Assembly: GCA_041651155.1 (NCBI GenBank) | Contig: JBAZJU010000001.1 | Location: 27,932 to 91,931 of the forward strand | Length of the DNA: 64,000 bases | Reading direction: 5' to 3' | From: Patescibacteria group bacterium | GTDB taxonomy: Bacteria; Patescibacteriota; Patescibacteriia; CAIXNZ01 | In this document: one piece after another, positions 24,339-32,459 of the stretch | Layout: the number at the start of each line of letters is the position of its first letter | How positions within the stretch are numbered: position 1 is the stretch's first letter | Notes under the pieces: model-generated | The model's input: only the letters and a program-made list of their open reading frames with translations | The model's database searches: none | Told to the model about the DNA's origin: nothing | Translations under genes and position numbers: made by a program

Positions 24339-25280
24339 ATGACTAAAACAACAGAATTTAATAATGTATTTGAAATACTAATTTATTATGAGTTGAGTGA
24401 AAATGGTCCTGTTCATATTATGCGTGAATCTGGTGATAACAAAGTATATCTTATCGGAGAGAAAGATAAAAAGATATTACGTGTAAGTAAACGGTTACCA
24501 ATAGAGGATGTTCAGTTTGAATATGAAGTTTTAAAGCATCTCGCTAATAATAATTTCCCAGTTCCAGTGTGGGTCAAAACAAAAGAGGGTGCTTTATACG
24601 CATCTATAGCAGGTGTTGCCGTAGCTGTTATGTTTGAATTTTTGGAAGGTTATCACGCTCCTGTTAATAAAGATATTTTACCAGCAATAGAACAAGCACA
24701 CAGTGCTGGACGAGCTTTAGGATCTATGGCTGAAATTGGTAAAACCTTTAAATCGTCGTCTTTTCGTCGAAGAAATATATTCAGTGAATTAGAGAGAGTT
24801 CTACAAAACGAGGAAATTTTCAAGAATGATTTTGAAGGAGGGGATACTTTTGTTGAGCAAGTAAAACAAGTTATTAAATTTGGTCAGGAAGCTCAAACTT
24901 CAATTGGACTTATCCACAATGATTATCGATCTGGAAATGTCTTTTTCAAAAATGACAATGAGATTAGCGGGGTCATAGACTTCGATTGGAGTTGCATAGG
25001 CCCCCACATAAAAGATCTTGGACTGGCAGTGTTAGAATGGTCCTTTTCTGATGGTCAAACTGAGCCTGACTTTACAGTATTTGATGCGTTTTTAGATGGG
25101 TATAATTCAATATCGACGCAAAAATATACAAAAGGTAAAGAATTATATTTATGGATAATGTTTGCTGCATTGTCAGACGCCTCAACTTATTTTTGTGACA
25201 GATTAAATCAGCCTAATTTGGTAAAAGATATTTCTTCTTCACATATGTACCAGAAATATCTTTTCTTTTCAAAATTATAA
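24339..25280 (+). CDS. phosphotransferase-family kinase (APH / homoserine-kinase-II-like)
   Basis: Catalytic loop LIHNDYRSGNV and IDFDWS motif (protein-kinase-like fold). Confidence 0.55.
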   Translation: MTKTTEFNNVFEILIYYELSENGPVHIMRESGDNKVYLIGEKDKKILRVSKRLPIEDVQFEYEVLKHLANNNFPVPVWVKTKEGALYASIAGVAVAVMFEFLEGYHAPVNKDILPAIEQAHSAGRALGSMAEIGKTFKSSSFRRRNIFSELERVLQNEEIFKNDFEGGDTFVEQVKQVIKFGQEAQTSIGLIHNDYRSGNVFFKNDNEISGVIDFDWSCIGPHIKDLGLAVLEWSFSDGQTEPDFTVFDAFLDGYNSISTQKYTKGKELYLWIMFAALSDASTYFCDRLNQPNLVKDISSSHMYQKYLFFSKL

Positions 25281-25334
25281 AAAAGAAATCAATGTCATTA
25301 AAAAACAAAGTAAATTACTAAAAACAATAAATTT

Positions 25335-25883
25335 ATGAACAATAAAAAGGAAATAGAGTTCAGAGGCATCTTGGGGAAAAAACAATATTTTGATCTACTA
25401 AAGAAATTGATTTCACGCGGCTATGCCCATGAAAAAGATGATAAAATTTCATATTTTTTTGTGCGCAAAAAAGGGATATTTAAAATAAATGATGAAATTT
25501 CTAAAAACCAAGCTAAAATATCCTTAAAACTTGGTGATGAAGAGAATGGCAAATTGTATGAAAGCGAAGTCTCTCTTGATCGACGTCACTTCAACGATTT
25601 GCTATTTATTTTTCAAAAACTTGGATTTACAAAATATCATAAAGTTGAACAAAAAAGAGACAACTTCTTGTTAAAAGATTTTGACGTTGAACTTTCGCTT
25701 AAATATACGCTTGATTTTCAATATCATTTTGAAATTGAATATTTGGGTAACAAAATAAAATCTGAAAATAAAATTAAAAAATACTTAAAAGAAGTATGTG
25801 ATAAATTTAATATAGTACCTTTAGAAGAAAAGGAATTATTACAGAGAATTCAAGATATTAAGAAGAAACATCGGTTGCACTAA
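25335..25883 (+). CDS. CYTH-domain protein (CyaB / thiamine-triphosphatase-like), putative
   Basis: N-terminal EIEFRG plus alternating acidic and basic beta-strand pattern. Weak call. Confidence 0.4.
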   Translation: MNNKKEIEFRGILGKKQYFDLLKKLISRGYAHEKDDKISYFFVRKKGIFKINDEISKNQAKISLKLGDEENGKLYESEVSLDRRHFNDLLFIFQKLGFTKYHKVEQKRDNFLLKDFDVELSLKYTLDFQYHFEIEYLGNKIKSENKIKKYLKEVCDKFNIVPLEEKELLQRIQDIKKKHRLH

Positions 25884-26055
25884 GAGCTTATAGATATCAT
25901 TTTAGAAGTTTAGTTTATTATAAAAGACTAATTTTTAATAAAATTCCAATCATTTTTGACCGGGATTTTTTAAACCCACTTGCAATAATTTCAGATAGAT
26001 GGTAATTTGAAATAAATTCAGTTCTAAAATCTAATAACTTAACAAGGAGGAAAAA

Positions 26056-26520
26056 GTGAAGAAAAAGATTGCTCTGGTGATAGTAATCGTCCTAATAATT
26101 AGCACCTTGCTTTTACTCAAACAAAAATATCAAGAGTACAAATATAGAAAGCATTACTGTGAATTATTATTAAACGGTTCCGATCCTTACCGAGGCTTCC
26201 CTAAGGGTTATGCCATCCGTCAGTACTATCATTGCATCATGTCTGATCAAGCTTATAGAGAAAATACCAATTGTTACCAGCAATATCGCCAGGAAATAAT
26301 TGATTGTCAGCAATCAAGTGAAAAAAAGATGTCAGAAGAAGAGATAAGGCGGCATTTGACTGGCGGAGCAATGGACGAAATTTGCCAGGATACTGCAAAA
26401 TTATGCACCGAGAGCCAAAAGGAATTTACCGGTGATGAAGATTTAAAAAAAGCAATGCTAATCCTTTGCATAGAAAAGACCAGGAAAGCCTGCACTGACC
26501 TAGGCATTGAATGGAAATAA
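26056..26520 (+). CDS. small secreted/membrane-anchored Cys-rich protein, family copy B (GTG start)
   Basis: 154 aa. The C-terminal roughly 40 aa and 3' flank are about 97% identical at the DNA level to 20278-20590. Confidence 0.55.
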   Translation: MKKKIALVIVIVLIISTLLLLKQKYQEYKYRKHYCELLLNGSDPYRGFPKGYAIRQYYHCIMSDQAYRENTNCYQQYRQEIIDCQQSSEKKMSEEEIRRHLTGGAMDEICQDTAKLCTESQKEFTGDEDLKKAMLILCIEKTRKACTDLGIEWK

Positions 26521-26560
26521 AAATAGCCCCGTTATAACAAACGGGGCTTAATTTTTTTGA

Positions 26561-26703
26561 TTAGTTGAATTTAATCTTGTCGCGATATTTTGGATCTATG
26601 CTTTCCCGGAAAACCTTGGGAAAATATGGTTTTAGCTTTTGGTAAAAAGATATGTCTGTTTTCATTAAATCCTCAAATGTTGCCAGGGAGGTTGCTGTTT
26701 TAA
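26561..26703 (-). pseudogene. 3' fragment of a HExxH metallopeptidase gene (truncated copy of 20445..21179)
   Basis: Encodes ...KTATSLATFEDLMKTDISFYQKLKPYFPKVFRESIDPKYRDKIKFN. Homology ends abruptly at about 26700 at a TTAA microhomology junction. Confidence 0.6.
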
Positions 26704-26900
26704 CCAGTAAACACTGGGGAAAGGGTATTACTACTGAAGCATTTAAAAAAATATTAGTCATTGCCAAAAGAAATAAAATAAAATATGTTTCTTGTACTAT
26801 ATCCAAAAATAATAAATCCTCTTTGGGCATCTGGCAAACATATTGTGCTAGAATTAAAAGAAATAAAGATAATATAATACCGTTTATAAAGTTGCGATGA
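26704..26900 (+). pseudogene. 3' fragment of a GNAT acetyltransferase gene (truncated copy of 22942..23415)
   Basis: Encodes LTSKHWGKGITTEAFKKILVIAKRNKIKYVSCTISKNNKSSLGIWQTY...IPFIKL, homologous to residues ~92-157 of the intact GNAT. Confidence 0.55.
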
Positions 26901-27013
26901 TAATTTATTTTTTAAAGAAAAAATTCCAATCATTTTTGCTGGGGTTTTTATATTTGCTTTTTTCCTAATAAAATAGTAAATTAAAACAAAACTTGTTCTT
27001 CAAAGGAGGAGAA

Positions 27014-27460
27014 ATGAGAAAAAATATATTTCTGTGTATTCTTTGCTTTTCTTTGGTATTTCTGGCCGGAGGGAAAAAAACCGAGACAGACGAGCTTGAA
27101 GAGCTGATTTTATCATATAAATCACAAGGCGTGTCTATCTCAAAGGAAGAATTTTGCCAAGATTATCTTGATTATGTGTCCCAAAGAGAATATCTGCACT
27201 GCGGCCTAGCACCTAATCAGGTTGATTGCCAGTCCTATGTGATTAAGATGACTAAGCTATGTTTAAAAACGAAAGGACTGGAGCCAAACAATGATAATGT
27301 AGATAAAGTCATGGCAAAATTTTTAAGCGAAGATATCTTTTGCGAATTTTTGCAAAAGAAAATTAACGAGGTGAGCACTGAATCTGAGAAAGACGTCCTT
27401 AATATGTTAAAGGTGCAGTTTGAAACCGCAGCGAAAAAAAAGGTTAATTGCGCCAAATAA
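27014..27460 (+). CDS. small secreted Cys-rich protein
   Basis: Start at ATG 27014 after CAAAGGAGGAGAA. Signal peptide MRKNIFLCILCFSLVFLAGG. 9 Cys. Confidence 0.5.
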   Translation: MRKNIFLCILCFSLVFLAGGKKTETDELEELILSYKSQGVSISKEEFCQDYLDYVSQREYLHCGLAPNQVDCQSYVIKMTKLCLKTKGLEPNNDNVDKVMAKFLSEDIFCEFLQKKINEVSTESEKDVLNMLKVQFETAAKKKVNCAK

Positions 27461-27505
27461 ATCAATTTACCCTGATAATCTCAGGGTATTTTTTTGCACA
27501 AACCA

Positions 27506-27534
27506 TTGACTTATTGAAAATTTTGTGCTAAGAT
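27506..27534 (+). promoter_or_regulatory. sigma70-like promoter TTGACT-17 nt-TAAGAT, duplicated module copy 2
   Basis: Near-identical to 21894-21922, with the same downstream RBS AAAGGAGGTGAAAAAAGTG. Confidence 0.45.
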
Positions 27535-27585
27535 TGGATATTAAAATCAAAACGAATTGACGTACCTTGAAAGGAGGTGAAAAAA

Positions 27586-28371
27586 GTGAAAAAGAAGCAA
27601 AGGATGAAGAGGCAATTAGATAAGCGCTCAAAATTCAAGAATTCTGCCATCCCTGTAAGTAAAACACAAAATCCAAGTAAAAGAAAAAGCATATATTTAT
27701 TGGTAGTTATATTCTGCGTCTTAGCGCTTGGCTTGATCTTGACAATAGTAAAAAGCGCAAATGCACCAGTAAATAAAGACACCACAGAGATCGGGTCGCA
27801 ATTGGAAGGCAAGGCAGCGATTGATAGATTTATGCAATTGCTTGCCAGTTTGCCAGACGATGATGCCCGCAACAACCTTTATGAGCAGATAAGCCGGAGA
27901 GGCTTAAGGTTAGAGCCTTATTCAGGCGAATATGTTATGGAATTCAAACCAAAGATTTCTGTTCTACGGTTTAATCCAGGCATACTTTCTTATCAAGAAG
28001 GTTACATCTGGTCGTATATGGTTCATGAAAATAGGCATATTGAAGATTGGCAAAATAAGCATGAGTCAGGCAAACTGTACTTGCCCTGCGAGATGGAAAG
28101 ATATATTTCCCATCAATGTAAAATAGAATGGTGGGAGGCTGAATTCAGGGCAGTTCAACAGCAAACGATTTTTCTGAAAAAAAATAATTTGGCGCAAGCC
28201 ATGCCTACTGGCCCCAGGGTAAATAATCGGGCAATATTTGAAAATAATAATGTTCGCCTGGCTGCGCTGATATTCTTACGGAATAATTATTATGAAAGTA
28301 AATCGCGATCACCTGATCTGCTGGAAGTTTTTCCGGAATTTTACGCAAAAAAATTAGCTGAAATCAGCTAG
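27586..28371 (+). CDS. membrane-anchored putative zinc metallopeptidase (HExxH), paralog of 20445..21179
   Basis: N-terminal basic region plus a TM segment. Contains MVHENRHIEDW (HExxH) and CxxxxC/HQC motifs. Start GTG 27586 (track ORF starts at 27577). Confidence 0.5.
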   Translation: MKKKQRMKRQLDKRSKFKNSAIPVSKTQNPSKRKSIYLLVVIFCVLALGLILTIVKSANAPVNKDTTEIGSQLEGKAAIDRFMQLLASLPDDDARNNLYEQISRRGLRLEPYSGEYVMEFKPKISVLRFNPGILSYQEGYIWSYMVHENRHIEDWQNKHESGKLYLPCEMERYISHQCKIEWWEAEFRAVQQQTIFLKKNNLAQAMPTGPRVNNRAIFENNNVRLAALIFLRNNYYESKSRSPDLLEVFPEFYAKKLAEIS

Positions 28372-28493
28372 CAGATAAGCACTAAGTTTGAACTTGGTGC
28401 TTTTTTTATTTACCCTTGACATGTATTTTTATAGTTTTGTTTAATTGAATATAATATGTTATAATTTTTAAATAAATTTAACTAATATACAAA

Positions 28494-29204
28494 ATGAAAA
28501 AAATTTTGTTAATACAAATCAGAGATAATAAAATAATTGCGGATCATGAATTTCAATGTTTTAAAAAAGCAACCCAAGGAGAGAAAATTAACCTTGAGCG
28601 AGTTAATATTTATTTCCAGGATTTTTCGCCTGATAAAATTATTAAGAAATATAATGGATTTTTAACTGGGGGTAGTAATTTTTCAATTAAAGATAAATTT
28701 CCGCGCAAGGCTAAGCTTTTTAAATTAGTTAAAAAAATAATTGAGCGGGAAAAACCATTTTTAGGAATTTGTTTTGGTTTTCAGGTTTTAGTGGAAGCAG
28801 CTGGAGGCAGGGTGATTTTTGATAAGAAAAAAGAGGAATTTGGGAGTAAAATTGTTTATTTAAATAACCAAGGCAGACAAGATAAGCTTTTTGAAAATTT
28901 GAAGCGAAAGTTTTATGTACAGCAGGGACATGAATGGCGCGTAGCTAAATTGCCCACTGATATGCTAAGACTGGCGAGTGGCAATGCAGTTTTAAATCAA
29001 GCAGTAAAGATAATTGATACTCCAGTTTATGGCATCCAATTTCATCCCGAACTTGATAAAAAAGCAATGTTATGGCGGTTAAATTTATATAAAACCAGTC
29101 AGGTATCTTGGTATAGTTTTAAGAAAAATCCATTCCATAAATTATTGCCGACTTCTTCCAGCAAGAAAGTTTTAAGTAATTTCATTAAGCATATAGTTAA
29201 ATAA
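28494..29204 (+). CDS. type 1 glutamine amidotransferase-like protein
   Basis: Nucleophile elbow FLGICFGFQ and catalytic GIQFHPE. Confidence 0.65.
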   Translation: MKKILLIQIRDNKIIADHEFQCFKKATQGEKINLERVNIYFQDFSPDKIIKKYNGFLTGGSNFSIKDKFPRKAKLFKLVKKIIEREKPFLGICFGFQVLVEAAGGRVIFDKKKEEFGSKIVYLNNQGRQDKLFENLKRKFYVQQGHEWRVAKLPTDMLRLASGNAVLNQAVKIIDTPVYGIQFHPELDKKAMLWRLNLYKTSQVSWYSFKKNPFHKLLPTSSSKKVLSNFIKHIVK

Positions 29205-29337
29205 AAATTTATAATTTAATTTTAAAGACTGCTAATGCAGTTTTTTTATTCTATCTTGACTTTTTCCATTTTTCGTGTATAATTAGTAAATTGCGGTTAA
29301 GCAATCAGTACGTTTAAAATTGAAAGGAGGTGAGGGA

Positions 29338-30507
29338 GTGAATCTGAAAAAATTCACTAATTTATTCAACTTTGATACTCAGAAAAAAATGTTTCTGGGT
29401 ATTGAGGAGGAATTCTGGCTAACTGATTCAAAAGGTTTTTTAGTTAATAGAGCAGTTAGCCTCTTGCATGAAGCAGCCAAAGAAAAATTGAATCTTAATT
29501 GGAGCAGAAAAGAATTTCTCAAAGATATCTGGAAAAAGGGGACAAAAGGTGTTTTAAATAATTTGCGTTTAAGTGTAGGTTTGCAGCCGGAATTACCATT
29601 ATCACAGATTGAAATAAACACCAACCCCTGCCCTGATTTTAAATCTTTGGAAATTGATCTGCTGGCACAAAGAGGTTATTTGTTCTTCTTAACCGAAAAA
29701 GAGAAAATAAAGGTGTTGCCAACTGCAACACCATTATATCCTTTTGCGGCGAAAATTTTCCCGCTTCCTTATTATCAAAAAGTCCAGGAAATTTTTGCTG
29801 ATAAAATCAAAAAGGGTTTTATCTCTGGCCAACATATCCATATCGGAGTGGCAGATGAATCAGAGGCGATCAAGGTCTTCAATCTCTTGCGAGAGTATTT
29901 GCCAATTTTTCTGGCTCTTTCTACAAATTCCCCTATATCAGAAGGGACTTCAACTTCGCTGCATTCAGCCCGATATTTCAAATATAGGGTGGTGGCTGGG
30001 CAAGTAATTCCCAATCCCGTCTTATCGTGGAAGGATTATTATGGCACGCTAGAAAAAATGATGTGTCTGGACGATCCGACCAGAAACTGGAAAATACTGC
30101 GCATCCATCCTTATGGCACGGTTGAAATTCGTGTCTCTGATATCCAGCTCACTGCCAAGGAAGCGATTTTTTTGGCAGTCATCGCTAAAGTGTTGGCTTT
30201 TTTAGCCCTTAACTCCAGTTACAATCAACAATTTTCCAGTTTGGAATCAATGGAGAGTAGTTTATTAAGGTCCGCAGTCTACGGGTTGTCCAGTCAAGAG
30301 CTAAGGCAATCAATCATAAAGGCTCTTAGTAAATTAACAGCCATTGCCAAAGAAATGGAGATTGGTGAAATCTGGCAAAGAGTTTTGGAGTGGGTTAAAG
30401 AAGGATCAAACGGATCGCAACGCCAGCTCAAATATCTGGCTTGGGCGAAAAATGATCCTGAAAAACTCTTTCAGCTAATCAATAATGAGTTCATAAATGA
30501 ACTTTAG
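29338..30507 (+). CDS. glutamate--cysteine ligase family 2 / carboxylate-amine ligase (YbdK-like)
   Basis: LGIEEEFWLTD and GQHIHIGV motifs. GTG 29338 after AAAGGAGGTGAGG (track ORF starts at TTG 29320). Confidence 0.6.
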   Translation: MNLKKFTNLFNFDTQKKMFLGIEEEFWLTDSKGFLVNRAVSLLHEAAKEKLNLNWSRKEFLKDIWKKGTKGVLNNLRLSVGLQPELPLSQIEINTNPCPDFKSLEIDLLAQRGYLFFLTEKEKIKVLPTATPLYPFAAKIFPLPYYQKVQEIFADKIKKGFISGQHIHIGVADESEAIKVFNLLREYLPIFLALSTNSPISEGTSTSLHSARYFKYRVVAGQVIPNPVLSWKDYYGTLEKMMCLDDPTRNWKILRIHPYGTVEIRVSDIQLTAKEAIFLAVIAKVLAFLALNSSYNQQFSSLESMESSLLRSAVYGLSSQELRQSIIKALSKLTAIAKEMEIGEIWQRVLEWVKEGSNGSQRQLKYLAWAKNDPEKLFQLINNEFINEL

Positions 30508-30569
30508 TAGCATCTATTCGCAGGTGCTACTTTTTTTATATTTTTATTGAGTTGATTATGATTTTATTC

Positions 30570-30598
30570 TTGACAGACAATGAAATTTGCAGTATTAT
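30570..30598 (+). promoter_or_regulatory. sigma70-like promoter TTGACA-17 nt-TATTAT
   Basis: Consensus hexamers upstream of the 30674 gene. Confidence 0.4.
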
Positions 30599-30673
30599 TT
30601 ATTAAATCGGTAAGCAAATATGTTTAAGAAGTGGCGCACTTTAAATTTTAGAAAAAAGAAAGGAGTTCTTTAA

Positions 30674-30913
30674 ATGGAAAAAGATAATTCCCCAAGAGCC
30701 TATGGCCTAGTAGTGAAAATTCTTCGGTTAAAAGCATTTTTACGAAGAATTTTTAAAACTTGTATTTTGGTGTTGGACAGAGTCATTAGACTGGTTGTAA
30801 TCGCAGTAACACACCCGTTCGCCTTTTTTTGCGGGACATTTATTTTACTGAGTGCACAGCTTTATGGCCTCATACGCCGTAACGTGTTGTATCTAAAAGA
30901 TGAGGACTTCTAG
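30674..30913 (+). CDS. small membrane protein, hypothetical
   Basis: 79 aa. RBS GAAAGGAG. One or two TM segments. Confidence 0.35.
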   Translation: MEKDNSPRAYGLVVKILRLKAFLRRIFKTCILVLDRVIRLVVIAVTHPFAFFCGTFILLSAQLYGLIRRNVLYLKDEDF

Positions 30914-31076
30914 GCGAGTGTTCTCATCACATTTTAAGGAATTAGCCCCAAAGAAATAATTATAAAGATCTGCAAACGCAGGTCTTTTTTTTATTTATAG
31001 TTACATAATTTTTCTAAATTATGGCCCTTGACTTTTGCGAAAAATATGTTCTAGTATGGTATGCCCCCATACCCCC

Positions 31077-31105
31077 TTGACAGCGCATCAAAGTGGTGGT
31101 ATCAT
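31077..31105 (+). promoter_or_regulatory. sigma70-like promoter TTGACA-17 nt-TATCAT (a second TTGACT-18-TAGTAT lies just upstream)
   Basis: Tandem consensus promoters upstream of the 31181 gene. Confidence 0.4.
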
Positions 31106-31180
31106 TCACTAAATTGGGTCGCAAACCCTTTTATGCTTCAGTAGAAGCATTGAACGTTGAAAAAAAGAGAGGAGGCCAAA

Positions 31181-32392
31181 ATGGCTACGAAGTTTAAAAA
31201 AAATGATTCAGAAGAAAATCATTATGTCCACAGTCACGCTGAGCCATTAACAGAAGATAAAATTAAGAAACAAAAACATGACACAGTAGCTATGGACCCT
31301 TCTCTAAAAGTAAATCTTAATAAATTAGCGAAGGATGTTAGTTACAAGGTCGACAATGATTCAGCAATGAACTTTGAACATAAAAATTTTTCCCATCTTC
31401 TTGCAATGCCCATATCCCTTCTCATGACCGTTTGGGCATTCCTAAAGACTGCACTATGCGCTTTTTTGACATACATCCGCCATGAAGAAATTTCTTACCA
31501 ACCGCAGACTGCTAATGAGCAAGATTGTTCCGAAGGAAAGAAGATAGTTAAATGGTTCAATTTCAATGCAGCTTTGCGTGTATGGTGGTGTGTGCCTCAG
31601 GAAAAAAAAGGTGAAACATTGAGGCCAAGATTTACTAGCCTTTTCTTTGATAGATTCAGCGCTCCTCTAAAAAAAATACGTCATGGAGCTGCCTCATGGA
31701 AAGCTCTAGACATTATCTATCATCATGAATTCGGGAGAGACAAAACTTTTGGGAGCAGGCTAGCAGATTTTTGGATTGGCATGAGAAATGCTCAAGCCGT
31801 TCGCAACCGTCACAAGCTTGTGCAGAGAGAACTAATCAAGGTGATTTGTGAGATAGGCAAAATGCAAGTAAATTTACTCTCCGTTGCCTGTGGTTCAGCC
31901 GAAGCAGTAATCCAGGTAGTAAAGACAGTTAAGGAGGAAAAAGGAATAATAGTAAAGGTCACATTACTTGACCTTGATGCTAAGGCGCTAACTTATGCAA
32001 AAGGATTGGCAAAGGAATACGGTATTGAAAATCAGTTCTTAACGATTAACGAAAACATCAAGAATTTGGAGAAAGTAATTACGGACTCCTTTGATGTTAT
32101 TGAGATGCTCGGGTTTCTTGATTACCAAGTATACGGGAAAGCAGTTTCACTGGTATCAAGATTGAGAGCATTACTAAATAAGAACGGGGTATTCCTTACC
32201 TGCAATATAATGAACAATCCTGAAAAATATTTTTTGCGATGGGTCATTTCTTGGCCAATGATTTACCGCAAGCCGTACGAAGTTGCTAAAATAATGTTAG
32301 CAGCTGGGTTCAGGAAAGAAAACATTGCGTTAATTGCTGAGCCTCATGAAATTCACATGATGGCAATATGCAAGTTAAATAGCAATTGTTAA
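31181..32392 (+). CDS. putative SAM-dependent methyltransferase with N-terminal TM segment
   Basis: Start ATG 31181 after GAGAGGAGG. Motif I-like LLSVACGSAEAV and motif II LLDLD. Assignment is tentative. Confidence 0.45.
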   Translation: MATKFKKNDSEENHYVHSHAEPLTEDKIKKQKHDTVAMDPSLKVNLNKLAKDVSYKVDNDSAMNFEHKNFSHLLAMPISLLMTVWAFLKTALCAFLTYIRHEEISYQPQTANEQDCSEGKKIVKWFNFNAALRVWWCVPQEKKGETLRPRFTSLFFDRFSAPLKKIRHGAASWKALDIIYHHEFGRDKTFGSRLADFWIGMRNAQAVRNRHKLVQRELIKVICEIGKMQVNLLSVACGSAEAVIQVVKTVKEEKGIIVKVTLLDLDAKALTYAKGLAKEYGIENQFLTINENIKNLEKVITDSFDVIEMLGFLDYQVYGKAVSLVSRLRALLNKNGVFLTCNIMNNPEKYFLRWVISWPMIYRKPYEVAKIMLAAGFRKENIALIAEPHEIHMMAICKLNSNC

Positions 32393-32459
32393 TAAGCCTC
32401 TGAAAATGATATAATTATTTCAGAGGCTTTTAAATTCCAGAAAATAATACTGGGAAATT

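Noticed and set aside
26561-26900. Treating track ORFs 26561..26830 (-) and 26652..26900 (+) as intact genes
   Set aside because: Both are only the 3' portions of the genes at 20445..21179 and 22942..23415. Homology stops at the recombination junction near 26700, so they are called fragments instead.
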